DNA of 64,000 bases from Paraspadella gotoi (taxonomy: Eukaryota > Animalia > Chaetognatha), in assembly GCA_051294375.1 (NCBI GenBank), contig CM119266.1, positions 14,426,755-14,490,754 of the forward strand, read 5' to 3'. The translations under genes and the position numbers were made by a program. The notes beneath the pieces were generated by a model that did no database searches, had not been told where the DNA came from, and worked only from the letters and a program-made list of their open reading frames with translations. Positions 28,199 through 47,678 of the stretch are shown one piece after another (the first letter of the stretch is position 1; every line of letters starts with the position of its first letter).

Positions 28199-28224
28199 TT
28201 GTGGCCCTGAAAAGGGCCTTTGGG
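28199..28224 (-). terminator. Histone mRNA 3' stem-loop
   Basis: CCAAA-GGCCCT-TTTC-AGGGCC-ACAA, about 20 nt after the H1 stop; matches the SLBP-binding consensus. Confidence 0.92.
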
Positions 28225-28239
28225 GTAGTTTTCGTTAGA

Positions 28240-28734
28240 TTAAAATATAAAGGGCCTTATTTTAAAGGGGTTACTTGGAGCCCAAAAGAACTTCGGAACC
28301 GGCTTCCTCGCTCCCTGGACATCTTGGGCAGAACCGGTCTTTTTCGACTTTCCGCTGTCGATCTTTTTTGGCGATTGTTTGACTCTTGTCCTCGTTTCAG
28401 CTCTATCGGAAGTCGCATTCTTGGCCGAGTCAAAAACCTTTGCGATCTTGAAGGTATCGGCGTGACCTCTGGCGGTTACAAGTTTGCCAGCGACAACACC
28501 TTTCTTCAGGGCTTGATTCAAACGTGTGTTGTTGACTTTGTTATCCTCAAGATCGAAGTTGGCGAGAATGTACTTCTTGATAGCAAATCTCGAGGAGCCT
28601 CTCCTGTGCCCCAGTGCCTCGATAGAGAGAGTCACCATGTCGGCGAAAGTTGGATGGCTTAGCTGTTTAGCTTTTGAGACCCTCTTAGGCTTAGCCTTGG
28701 CTAAAGCTGAAGTAGAAGTTGAGTAACGTCCCAT
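28240..28734 (-). CDS. H1: Linker histone H1/H5 family, intronless, replication-dependent type
   Basis: Globular domain SHPTFADMVTLSIEALGHRRGSSRFAIKKYILANF..LNQALKKGVVAGKLV..GHADTFKI, followed by a stem-loop. Confidence 0.92.
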   Translation of the reverse strand: MGRYSTSTSALAKAKPKRVSKAKQLSHPTFADMVTLSIEALGHRRGSSRFAIKKYILANFDLEDNKVNNTRLNQALKKGVVAGKLVTARGHADTFKIAKVFDSAKNATSDRAETRTRVKQSPKKIDSGKSKKTGSAQDVQGARKPVPKFFWAPSNPFKIRPFIF

Positions 28735-29635
28735 CTTTACGTTTATAATTTAATGATCAAGAATGAATGAAAATTATTACTTAAATTATACACTTTTTTT
28801 TAAAGTCAGGCTATATTCACCTTAAGAGAAAATATCGGACCCTAACGAGAGCATGTAATGTCTAAAGAGAACAAACTATCAAAGTTGTGCTTTTGGTATT
28901 AGTACTTTACCAACATATCTATTAAGCCGGTCATGATTTTTTGTAGGAATCAGTTCATGAAGAAAAAATGATATTTCTTTAATAAATATACCACAACTTA
29001 CTTGAAAAATCGGGAACTCATTTTTAATACAAGGCCTTAATTTACACTCTGAAATTATTTTGGTTATAGACTCGTTTTATTTTCGAAATTTTCTTTCAAC
29101 TGCATATAATATTTTGTATTTTCTTGTTAATTTCGAACGTTGATATAAAAAATTCGAAACGAAATTTTATGTCAAAAAAAAACGCAAACAAGATTAAATA
29201 ATGAAGGGAAACATAAATCAATAAATAAAAAAATAGAAAAGAAAGAATACCCTTTATAATTATTATATCTGAACAGAGGCTGAAAGAAAAGCTCGAAATC
29301 TTGACCGAACGAAAGACGAGACAAGAAAAAAAAGAGAAAAAAAAAAAGAAACAAACTACGAACTGCCTCAGGCAAAATAAAAGGAGAGAAAATAGGAGAA
29401 GATATGCTATTCCTGATACGCGACCTCTTTTCGGGGATAAATGTCCCTGGTGGATTCCATGGCCCTCATGCTCACGAATCCAAAATCTTTAATAAGATTC
29501 GTAGCTTCCGTACACGTCATCGGCAAAGGACATTTCCTTTTCCATATCGACTGAAAAATCGGCAATGACTTTTCGACGAATTGGCTAATATAGCGAAAAT
29601 AGATGTAAAGTGGATATAAATATATATAAAATACT

Positions 29636-30525
29636 ATGAAACGATTAAGAGTCAAAAGCCAACGGAAAATAGTCGGCAGAGTGGACGAAAAAGAACCCAT
29701 GGCGGATTGCGTCAAAGAGGGAGATGGGAAGGGATACGAAGGAAGCGGAGACAGCGAATGTTCGTCCGAGGAAAGTCATTCCAAAGGCGCGAAAACTTCC
29801 GACTACGAGAGTGAAATGACCACAGTTCGCTGTGAACGCGCAGATCTCGAAAATAATACGCAGGTGAACCTTTAAAATTTGGAAAATGCGATGAGTAGTA
29901 AGGCAATTTTATTCTTTGGCTGCCGTGGAATTTTCTGTACTCGGTACTGGATTTAGGTTAAAAAAGTACGTAAATTTTTCAAACATAAAATCCGACGGCG
30001 AAAGTAAAATTTTACCATAACAATTTTAAAAAAATGTATACCTATAGTATAGGGTATATGTATGTATATATTTTTTTTTTAATAGAAAAAAGAGAAGAAA
30101 GCTTTTGAATCATTCCCTTCGTCATCGTCATTGTCGTCGTTAAATGGTAGGTTTGAAACCAAATTGTCATTTCCAAGCGATTGAAGGATTTTGAGCAACC
30201 ATTACTTGAGGTGATTGTCCTTTATTACCCAAGATCGTCCTCGACGTCGTCGTAATTCATCCTCGATTCTAGAATCGGAGGGTGATGATCCGCCTCCCAA
30301 ATGCGACGTCGATGACGACGACACTGGCGTCGGGCTAGGGTCCCGTATTCTCAAGAAGACTATCGCCAAACTCGATCGCCAAAGGAATCAGGTTCAAAAC
30401 ATCACAGTTTAATCCGATTTCGATAAGCTTCATGACACGTAATTTTTTTATTTGTCAAGCGATTGGAGGAACAACTCTCTCGATTAAACGTACTCATTTA
30501 CCAAACTCATCTTAGTCTTACGTAG
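29636..30525 (+). CDS. Small Ser/acidic-rich protein with C-terminal coiled coil (4 exons), function unknown
   Basis: In-phase GT-AG exons ending ILKKTIAKLDRQRNQ|RLEEQLSRLNVLIYQTHLSLT*. Start may be 29636 or 29699. Confidence 0.55.
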
Positions 30526-30728
30526 AATACTTAGTCATTATAATGTTTTATTTAAAATTATCTGTTAATGTATTGTGTACGTATGTATACTACGAATTCG
30601 TCTGTCTGCACTGTGCACTAAGTAATGATTTGTGGTCATTGTGTGTCAACATTGATTTGAAAAAATAATGTAACGATGGCTAAAAAATTAACCGAAAAAA
30701 CTATGGACATCCAATTAAACCATAACAG

Positions 30729-33700
30729 ATGGAGTTGGCGGCGGACTCCAGCTTCGACTTCCAAATCCCGCTCCTCTCGCGGCAAAGTTCAGCAAAGGTT
30801 TTTCCAGAAATTGACTACGAACCCGCCGACGTTAGAAAAAACAAGATCAGAGACAAGCTGAAGATATCTCTTCGAGGTGTTACACTATTTTCTAAGAAAA
30901 TACATCCCATGGATTGTTTCTTTGTCGTTTTATCTCTCCATTTTTCCTCATCTCTCAGCGGCCCGCGTGTTGTTCTTAATCTCGGCCCCTGAGGATGGCG
31001 CTTCCAACAATGCGGGAGACGAGGATTCCGCCGCCATTGCAGCAGGCGGCGAGGGCGCCGGTGAAGGCAAGGCAGAGAACTGGGAATCGGTTGTGGCTGC
31101 GGCGGGGCGGAGGAGGAGAAAGCTGGCGGAGGCGCAAGCTCAAGGATCGACGGCGGCCGATTTGCCAGATTTCGAGGAGGTGGGACGGTTGCCATTTTTA
31201 ATCGTATTAATTTTATGAATAAATATGAATGTTGCTGAGATTAATTTGTTTTCCAATAGGTGGTCGTTGAGAGCGCGGCCATCAAATACGAAGAAGGAAG
31301 GGCGTTTGCCAGAAAGGGGGAATACGAAGCGGCCATTCGCTCTTTTCAAAAAGGTCTCTTCGCTGTTATTTGATGTTAACTGATATGCGATGTACAACTA
31401 AGTAGTAGACTTTCGTGATTTTGGCTTTATCTTTTTTTTCCCCAAAGCTATCATCTTAAAACCACGCATTGTGGAATTTCATCGTCATTTGGCCATTTGT
31501 TTTCTGCAAATCTGCGACTTCAAATCTGCCATCGATGTTCATCGGAGAATTCTCGAATTAGATCCCGCAGACACAGATGCGGAAAACAAAATTGCTTTCC
31601 TGCACTACTACATTGCACAAAGTTAGAAAATATATTTACAAATAAAATAAAATTAAACTTTTAAAATTACAATTTCAATAAAAGAAAATCCATTTTTGAG
31701 GTTAGCAAAAACTTTTTTAAAAAATCAGTTGCTTGATTGATTGGTTGCTTTCAGTTTTGTTTGAGCAACGACGTATTTTGGATGCTCTGGAGAATTACGG
31801 AAAGGCGGCGGAACTGAAACCTGAGAACGTTGCTTACCAAGCAGGGATTGTAGTTTGCTTGGGTGCTCTTGGTCGCCGAAAGGTAAGAACATAAATTCGG
31901 TTTCATGGAGTAAATATTTATTGATTGGTTTATTGACAGGAATCGCTCTCGTTGCTCAATCGTTGTCTAACTTTCGACCGCAAGAATGCTGACCTTTATA
32001 TCATGCGAGCAAGACTTAACAATTTGGCCAATGCGTGGAGAGCTTCATATTACGACGTCAGGGAGGCCATACTGCTGAACCCGGACCACGCTGTTAGTTC
32101 GAGAAAAAAAATACTAGTCTCAAAAAAGCATAAACACAAAGCAATTTAGGAACTTTTGATTGTTGTTTTTAACAGGCAGCGTTACCGATGGCGCATTCGT
32201 TAAAATCTCGTTCTGCGGCTTTGGCGGTGGCGGCGTTAGAGTCGCACCAACGAAAAAGGCACCAAGGCGCAATAGCAAAAATATCCCGCGCCATTGAAAC
32301 CGATCCTTCTTCGGCTTTGTTTAGAATCGTCAGAGGTAAAAAAAAACGCCGGTGATGATTTTTTCCTCCGGCATTATTTAATTTTATTTGTGGATTATTT
32401 ACTTTATAATTTATATGATATTAAATAGGTTCTATTTATCGGCATCAGTTGATGTACAGAGAAGCGGTTGACGATTTTCTAATTGCCTTGGAATTATCGC
32501 ACACGGGTAAAAATAAATGTTAATAATAACCATTTTTATTTATAATTTATCGCAACAATAAGAATGTACAAAGCTTCTTTCAGGAATGAGTCGCGAAAGT
32601 GCCGTGATGTACGAAAAAGCAGAGGAACAACTTGTGATGAGTTACAACGATTTCGCCATCGAATCCTACATGAAGGCGAGAAATAAACGAAATTTAGCAA
32701 ATCTTATGTCATAATCATAATATGATTATTAATCATATGTCATAATCATAAGTTATGGTTGATCCAGGGCGCTTACGAGTTAGCTGTCACCTACCTTAAC
32801 AAAGCTCTTGCCGTCCGGAAAGATTCGGCCTTTCTTTACCTGAACCGCGGAGACTGTTGGCTTCGAATGGGACATCTGGACTCCGCACTGGCCGACTATC
32901 GGTTAGCACTGGAAATGAAGCCAGACCAAGCTGGTGCCGTGAGGGCGAGAATGGCGATCGTCCATAACATGACCGGCGTAACACTCTATCGAAAGGTTAA
33001 AAAACTTTTTTTGTGCATACATATTTGAATGTATAGATATTTTTATGCCATGATAATTTTTAATTGTATTGACAGGAATACTTGAGAGAAGCTACTCGCC
33101 ACTTTACAAAAGCCGTGGAATACGAGCCCCGAATCGGAAGGTTTTACCTGAATTTAGCCGAAACTCGGTCGCGTTTCGACAAATCCGAGGCCAGATATGA
33201 TGCCCTCAAAGCCGCCACTGTTTTAGGAGCCGGTCATCGGTCGTTGGAACCTTTACATGCCAAACTATTTCCGGGAAAAGCGAAGGAACAGATCGAACTA
33301 TTAGCGAAAATGAGTGGGGCTGCGGCGGAAGTTAATCAAGCCTCTTTGATAGATGAAATTTCAAAAAGCAACATAACATTGTGGAATAATACGACGCCGC
33401 TTCCAGACATAAGACCAGCGTTGTCGAAGCCCGATTATGCGGCGGCAGCTGATGCTTCCCATTTTCTGCCGCACGAAGGCGATTCGAACATCGGGTTTGA
33501 ACCCGATGTGTCGGCCACAAACGATTTGACCCCGGCAGAACTCTGCCACGTCACAAATCGACTCGTTAATCGGTCCATGAAGCTGAGGAGGGGCAAGCTG
33601 TCCGTCGTAGAGGGATGGGAAAGGCGTCGGTTCGCGCGAATTTTGACGCCACAGATTGTGACTCCGCAAAATGAAGAAAGGAAAGGCATTGAGATTGACA

Positions 33701-34054
33701 ACGAAAAGGCGAAAGCCGTGGATAATTTAAATGAAGAAAACGAGAAAAAGAAAATGCAGGGATCGGTAAGTTCTTTAACTGATACGTACTTTGCAAAAAA
33801 AAAAAAAGAAAAAAGGTGTGTATAATTTAAAATTTTTAAAATACTTAATACAGATGAGACTTCGAATGATAGCGAAGGCGATTTCGCTTACGATGGCAAA
33901 TAAACTGACTTCCGAAACAGCCCGGGGTTTCCCGCGGGGAAGTAATCCAGACAGCGAGGACGCCAACGCCATGAAGCAAAAAGTTGAAGCCGAACTTCTG
34001 GAAACCAAAATAAACAAAGAAAAACCACGAAACTACTCATTTAAAAAGCATTGA
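30729..34054 (+). CDS. TTC16: Tetratricopeptide repeat protein 16-like
   Basis: TPR array with LQICDFKSA, NADLYIMRARL, AVDDFL, QLVMSYNDFAIESYMK|GAYELAVTYLNKAL, LYLNRGDCW and KLFPGK, collinear with TTC16 as recalled. Confidence 0.88.
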
Positions 34055-34376
34055 GACAAATCAAATTTAGAAAAAGGTCTATGTTATATAATGATAATAA
34101 TCCTTTTTCGTTGTTTTTTTTTTTAAATTTTATTCAACAATTATTATTATGTTGAATAAAATTTCAAACGTTTTCTTAGAAAAAGGTCTTATATATAATA
34201 TATGATATATGGAATTTGTGTAGCATACCTTCCAGGCAAGTTCAGTTTGTGTGAAGCTTATTTTTTCAAACATGAATTTATTATACAGAAAATTTTCCCA
34301 TCCAATGGACAATTCAAAAAATAAAAAAATAAAAAATCTATTCACATGATATTGTGAAAAAATAGCAAATAAAATG

Positions 34377-35429
34377 TCAGTAGTCTAACTTCAAAGCACA
34401 AAAAAATTTTTTGTACGAGTTTGGAAAAATAATGTTCTTCATGAAATCTCCGTACAAAGGTTGAAGGTAAAGTTTTGGATCGTTGGGTCCAGCGATGTCA
34501 TTTTCCTCGCAGATGGAGAGGGGCGTGTATGGGTAGACCCAACTAAGCACAAATTGATAGAAAATTGAATTGGTTCATTGATTGACTATCTAACTTTGAA
34601 AACAATGTTGGTTCCATAGCATTTCCGGATAAATTTTACTTTCGCCGACCGCGGTTTTGGCGGATTTTAAAAAAACTATTTAATTTTTTTTTTTTTAAAT
34701 TTAAAAAAAATATTCCCTAATTACCCTAACCCTAAACCCATTTAACCCTAAACCACCCCTAACCCTAACCCCTCCCTAACCCTGGTCGGCGAAAGTAAAA
34801 GTAACCCGCATTTCTATTCTAAAAGTTGTTTATTTCGAACCTTAGAAAAAAAAAAAACTTTAAATGAAAAATTTTACGCACTTTTTTCTAATGTTACGGA
34901 AGTGCGGATTAGTTCCGGTAAGGTTTCCATCCTTCCCAACCGCAAACCCGTAAACATCAACCCATATCATTTTCCAAGCTGACGCGGCGATGATGGTTTT
35001 TGCGGGATGGACGCGAAAGGACAAATGAAGTTGTCCTTTTTGAATCTATATTGGATAATTTTTATATTGGTTGTACCAATTTCAGAGTAATTCTATTGGG
35101 AAAACGGTGAACATTTACTGACATTAAGTATTGATTTTTGTATTTCTCTTTCGTCCGGAACCAACCTGGAATCCGCGCTTTTTCAGCAGCATTTCCGCCT
35201 TCTGCAAATGCGGAAAAAAAATTGCGAGATCGGCGTCGTGTTCCCAAGGAACGAGACCAGCGCCATCGCTGGGATGCCGCAGGGCTCCGATGATGCTTCC
35301 CCAGGTCACGTGATGGTCCACTTTGGCGGCTTTTAAAGTAGAGATAACATCGACCAAAAGTCGACAGAGAGACCTCCGATCTGCGAGTCGTAGACAACAC
35401 CAAGCTGTTGAGGTCGAATTTGATTTTGA
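34377..35429 (-). CDS. LicD/fukutin-FKRP-like nucleotidyltransferase-fold protein (catalytic exons; 5' exons possibly extend to 36894)
   Basis: TWGSIIGALRH..LVPWEHDADLAI (GSxxGAxR, PWxxDxD), WVDVY, WVYP..GPNDPKLYLQPLYGDFM. Upstream ORF 36697-36894 has a type II TM-like segment but the junctions were not resolved. Confidence 0.82.
34626..34808. mobile_element. MITE with ~25-bp TIRs, internal degenerate (CCCTAA)n and 6-bp TSD
   Basis: Ends CGGATAAATTTTACTTTCGCCGACC / GGTCGGCGAAAGTAAAAGTAACCCG; flanking direct repeat CATTTC at 34620-34625 and 34809-34814. Confidence 0.8.
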
Positions 35430-35836
35430 CTTCATTAAAATTTTTCAATTTGGTCACATCGAGTAGATACTAGTAGATAGACTAGTAGATACTAGATAGT
35501 ATAGATAGAATATACTCATATTCTATCTATATTCTATTCTATTGCCATATATATACTATTTTTTAACATTTTAAAATAAACGAAAGATGTTCATTTGATA
35601 CCCACTTGATGTTTGAGATAAAAGTGTAAATCCCAAAAGGGTACCAATCAATAACGCCAAAGAAGTGGAGGCGATCTTGACAAGACAAGAGTATCTAAGA
35701 AAATTCCAATCACTTTAATTAAAAATTGACAACGTACAAATCAAACTTACTCCGTTTTATCTAATATGAAGCTCAGGCTCATTAAAAAGAAATAGCAATT
35801 TCTTCTTATTCCATCCTCGCAAGCCATCGTATAAAT

Positions 35837-36096
35837 GCATTATGGCAACAGCCGGGTTGCCTGTGATGCCCATTGGGATGGGGCATCTCACTGTTGGCTT
35901 TGGGGGCTTCCGACCCTCAGTGACGCCTCCAGTTACTGGCGCGGTTACCCAAGGACGGTCTCGCTTTGCCAACGCAGAGGGAAGTCGTTAGGACTGTGGA
36001 TGGAACACTACGCCTGGGATGGTGTGTTCCCCCTCTGAGCCAATGGATTTGGCTGACGGATGGTGGACGTGAGGCGGTGTGAATATACCGCCACAG
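35837..36096 (+). mobile_element. Multi-hairpin dispersed element, copy 1 (SINE-like or structured ncRNA)
   Basis: Homologous to 37318-37480 and 55311-55540; serial hairpins. Confidence 0.7.
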
Positions 36097-37317
36097 CATC
36101 ACAATTGAATAAACGCTCACGCTCAAATCTAGGTTAGCGGCAGCCCGAATGAAGTAATCATATACCCCGTGAACCAAATCTACTGACACGAATCATTAAG
36201 CATTAATAAATTTTTTAATACCATTTCAAATCATTTGATAGAAAAATCATTAACGTTTTTGAAATGACCAAAATATTGATTAAAATCGGTTGAAATGAAA
36301 ACCTGCTTAAAATGCCTTCCGAACATGGAGGGACAAACTCGTCGCAAAAAAAAATTATCCCTCTTCAAGCTGAAAATATTTAAACTGTAATATTAGATAA
36401 TGAATTAAAAATTATTCATTGCGCTTGATTAAATATATTAAGAATGCGATGAGCCATCAATTTGACATATTCGCAAAAAAAATTGATTTCAAGTTGTTAA
36501 TAAAGATCAATTTAAACAAAATTTTGATAGAAAAAACGTCAAACATACTTATGTTTATCTCGATGCAGTAAACCATGGGCATGGCAATGATTTCTTTCGT
36601 GTTACTGAATTTGGCTCACGGGGTAAATATATTGCCAAAAGAAAAACTAAAATAACAGCAGAAAAATGGAAAATTCTTTTAGATTTTGAAAAAGGCTTAC
36701 CCTTTGAACACTTCTCTTTCAAATAAACGAAACACAGCCGCCGCTGGCGTCATCACCGAAAGAGAAAAAGCCAAGACGGCGGTGTGGTAAAGATGAGGAA
36801 AGCCCAACCACATAAAAGCGTTAAAAATAAAAGTGATGACGATCAGATTCCACGAGAAATTTTTGAAAGTATTTCGCCGGAAAATCGGCGCCATCGTGGC
36901 GAGTCTCCTCCTTGCTTACCAGCAACAGAGCATTCTCGCTTGCGAAGCAGGAGGAAGAGGAAGAAAGAGAAAGGCGGCGGAAAATTCGGCGTCGATTCGA
37001 TCATGACCGAAGACACATTTTCGAAAATATTTTTTTTTGTTTCCGCGCAAACAAAAAAAAATGCAAATGGACTTGTCGTAAAAATTTATTTTCAAGAAAT
37101 CAGCGAGGTTCTCGAAGCGAATATAAATATTTCTCGAGTTCGGATAGTAGTTTTCGTTCAGAAAAATGAAAATTCTGAACAATTGAAAATAGTGTTTTCG
37201 TTTAACTACATACCATAAACTTTTCTGTAATAAAACCTATTGGCAATCAATTGATGTCTTTGGTGGCATTCGGTTAATGATAAAGATTTTGTCATCTTGA
37301 ACACTTTGCTGAGAGTC

Positions 37318-37480
37318 ACTGGCGCGGTTACCCTAGGACGGTCTCGCTTTGCCAACGCAGAGGGAAGTCTTTAGGACAGTGGATGGAACACTACGCCTGG
37401 GATGGTGTGTTCCCCATCTGAGCCAATGGATTTTGGCTGAACGATGGTGGACGTGAGACGGTGTGAATATACCGCCACAG
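37318..37480 (+). mobile_element. Multi-hairpin dispersed element, copy 2 (5'-truncated)
   Basis: Close match to the 3' ~160 nt of copy 1, with the same 3' end. Confidence 0.7.
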
Positions 37481-38466
37481 AAGTCTCCTTCATTATAACC
37501 GCGTCGGTTTGACAACGAAATCAGGGTCATTCGGGATTGAACCCAAAAGCCCCGCTACTAGAAGCCATCAATGGTCAAATAAAAAAAAACCTTCAATTTT
37601 TTAGTATTAAAAAAAAAAAATTTCCCATAAAAGCCTAAAAGGCCTAGCATATCAATTATCAAAGCAAGATCAATGGTGAGGACTATCCATTGGATAGTAT
37701 CCAATATATAATTTATATATTATTACTTGTTGCCCAAGTCCTCTCCTGTCTCTCTACGCAAATATAAACGAATATTAAGAAAAAAAGAGAATAAGTGCAG
37801 AGGATTTATAATTCCATGACAAATGAGGGATGGTAATTGTTCCTCGATTCGTGGTACTTGAATCGAGAATTGATGCATACTGAAAATCGTAAAAGACTAA
37901 TTCGAGATAACATCAGCTTGCTATTGGGTAAAAAAGCAAAATTGGTCATTCAGAGACTGCGCGGAAAATAATTTAATAAATAAAACAAATCTTATCATTC
38001 ATGATTTAATAACTTTTTTAACATTATTTGATCTTGGTTAAATAAAAACGGCTGTGAACCCCTGGCAGCAAATCTGTTTCAATAACATGGCACATTAAAA
38101 AGGGAAAAAATAATGTTCACGCACGTGTGCGTAAATAGCAAGCTGAAAAACCGGCGTTTCCTTCCTAAATAATTAAAATAGATTAAATTTACTAACAAAA
38201 GTTAATTCATTATAGATAAAAGGAAAATTGATTGTAACAATGTTCTGCCGATGCCCCCCCAAAAAACCCTCAGCAGATCGATAGAAATTAAAAAATAGAA
38301 AAACAAGGATGCTCATTTCCCAAGCGACAAAATAATCTGTAAGTAGCTTTATTTAATTTAATCTTCCGCCTTATTTTTAGCTATATGACTGTATGTTTGG
38401 GACAGCTAATTGTTTTTCTATTTTCTATCGATCTGGGCGCAATCACTTGTCACGTGATGTCTACTT

Positions 38467-44955
<6,489 letters not shown>

Positions 44956-47678
44956 ATCGCCCCTCCAATTACTAATGATTAAGTTTCCAAATAATGATCT
45001 GTTTCACATGTTACAAAACAGCATCAACCGAAGTTTTTGGTTAGCTCAACAAATCTTCACTGTGTCTAGACTCTAGAGCATCATCATTTTTTTACAATTC
45101 TTGGTCTGGTTGGTTGGTTCGAAGCAATTTTTTGTAGCGAGTTTCAAAGCGTCAAAATGATCTAAAAAATAAAATGGAAAAAAGTTGAAGTTTCGAAGCA
45201 GGAGTTGGAATGTTTGTTTTGAAAAGAGAGAGTCCGGGAGCAGAATCGATTGTTTGTTTAAACATTCTCTCACAGCCTGCTTTTGAAGAAACAAAGTAAA
45301 ATCGTATAGTATCTGGGGGAAAAAAAAAGTTAAAAATATTGGATTATCTGTAATTTTTTTCATTTAACCATTAACTTAGCATCCTAAAAATATTTTTGTC
45401 GAACTTTTCTTTTTAAATAAAATTGAAGCTAAATTTAACGAAAAATATCTCATTTTAACGTTATCGCTTTAACTGCCAGTAATTTTCTCGTGGGTTATAG
45501 AATAAAAATATGGCGACAGACAACCAGCTTGCAGCCGTCATAACTGAAACCACCGAATAACATGGAAAAACGGATTCCGACCTTCTTTCATAATTTAGCA
45601 ACCGCAGGAAGATCTGTACCACGAGAGAAAATTCGTTGGAAGCGTGGTACCACAACACAGCATAACAAACCAAGGAGCAAAATAAAGAAAAATAAAAAAA
45701 AGAAAGAAAAGGAGCCAAAGCATTTTCAATTTCTTTCCAGCCAATCCTAACAGCCAAAATGGTTTAGGCGAAATAGAAAAGACGTACCACGAGCAAACGC
45801 GAAGGATTCGTGGTATCAACAAACACGGTGAAGGGATATGCAAGGAGGGAAAGAGCTTACTGTTTGCCATCGTTACAATGGATAAAAAGAAAATTTATAT
45901 AAATTTTTTTTCAACATGACAGGCTTTAATCTGATAAAGCATAACAAGTTTTAGTTTAGTCGGTGAAACTCGTTTAACTCAAATTTTAAAATTAACTATG
46001 GGGAATAAAAAAGCGCACCTATCAGCCTAGCACTTAATTGCTCGTCAATCAGAGTAATCGCGTCGCTCGTAACACGTTCTTTCTGACAAAACATGAGCTT
46101 TGGATTTATAAAGGGCCTAAGTCTTGTAATCTTAATAAGTGTCAAAAAATATATTTTATTTTGACAAAATAATATAATTTATTGACACTTATTAAGATTT
46201 ATACTTAGTGTTGAAAGTAAGATGTGTTTAAGTAGTAAAATTGTGGATAACAAAATATCTACCCTAAAAGATGCCATAATAGAAAAAAAGGAAAGGTTTT
46301 TTAATCAAAAGGCTAACTTAAGGGAGGATCATAAGCTGATTCCACATAAATTTGTATGTAGAAACGGTAAATACGCAGTGCCGTTTGCGTTGGGACCGGC
46401 TTTAACTTCTATTTGACTATTTGTCATTTTCTAATAGTAGAAAGAAAAAAATGATAACTCTCTTGCCTGTCCATTAACGGATCATTAGTTTTCAATAACG
46501 GTTTTCAGAACCTAACAGATTAAAAAAAACATTTTACCATTAATAAAGAAAAAAATTATGATACCGAGCACACAGAATAATCTGAAGCGTGGTTTTAACA
46601 AACCAAATATCATTTTTATTACGAGGCAAAACGTTTTTTAAAGATAAATTATTAAATGCAAAATTTATGAAAGCTATAATCTTTCTGGTCATGAGAATTT
46701 TTTATTTCCACATTGTTTTTTTTCAATTCGGTAGGGATAAAAACATGAAAGCTGTTAATATTCGTAACGTTCGCAGTTGTAAAGCGAATTGGTGAGGTAG
46801 GCTTAGCGTAGATAGAGGTGGATTTGACTAGCTGCTATAGATCCCACATTGTCAAAATAATGGGCAAATGGAATTCGCTTACAAACAAGGACAAGATGGG
46901 CGAATTTCAAAGGCTCGAAAATGAGAATGAGTAGACTGAACGCCACCTCTACATCTTTACAGCTTTTCTCTAAACAAAAGGCTTCAACGAAAGAGAAACA
47001 TTTATAAATTTTACCAGTCATTTCCTACTCGAGTCACCACAACGGGAATAAAATGAACTAGCTCGCTAAATATTTATGATAAAAATACCAAATATTAGTT
47101 ACGTGATTTATAATTCCTGAGATACATTGAATATTGTCACTAAAACATCTAAAAAACTAAAACCGATATTTATATTTAATATTATTTATTATTTAACTAG
47201 CTAGATAATAAAATAAAATTCCTAGTTAACGTTACAGAAATAGGCGAAAAAAATTACCTTTGAACTATAATCTTATCAAATAGGTTAAAAGATGAATGTT
47301 GGTCATACCATATTCCGATTGAACAAACAGAATGAGTTCAAATTAAAGAAAATAATAGTGTAAGCAAACTAAGTCTTTTAAAAAATTGAACTGTCTGTGA
47401 GAATCGTGTACTATATAAAAAGTCATTCAAAGGGAAACGAGCACATGCTGAAAATTCCTATCATTATTCACAATTTTCTATTTCTAAGTCATGAAAATTG
47501 GTCTTGGCAATATCTTTACTACTCCTAAATTCATTCCGAGAAAAAAAGGATTTCGTCCTATCAGGGGACGGTCCTGTTCTTTCTGTCCTTAATCTAGTTA
47601 ACTGCAAATGGGATAAAGTGCCAAGACGCGTCATTATCGTTTCTCCTTGCGGATAGATTTAAACATCAAAATCTCACC

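Noticed and set aside
29407-29715. Minus-strand ORF between H1 and the coiled-coil gene
   Set aside because: Non-ATG start, overlaps the start of the + strand gene, no motif support.
35935-35985. Twister or hammerhead ribozyme within the structured repeat
   Set aside because: Superficial CGGTTAC..GCAGAG similarity is not conserved in copy 3, and no CUGAnGA/GAAA core is present; left to a covariance-model search.
37530-37575. tRNA gene
   Set aside because: Only a B-box-like GGTTCAATCCC; no cloverleaf could be built.
45073-45870. Hydrophobic minus-strand ORFs upstream of the Fox gene
   Set aside because: Composition is explained by T-rich sequence; no consistent splice model or motif.
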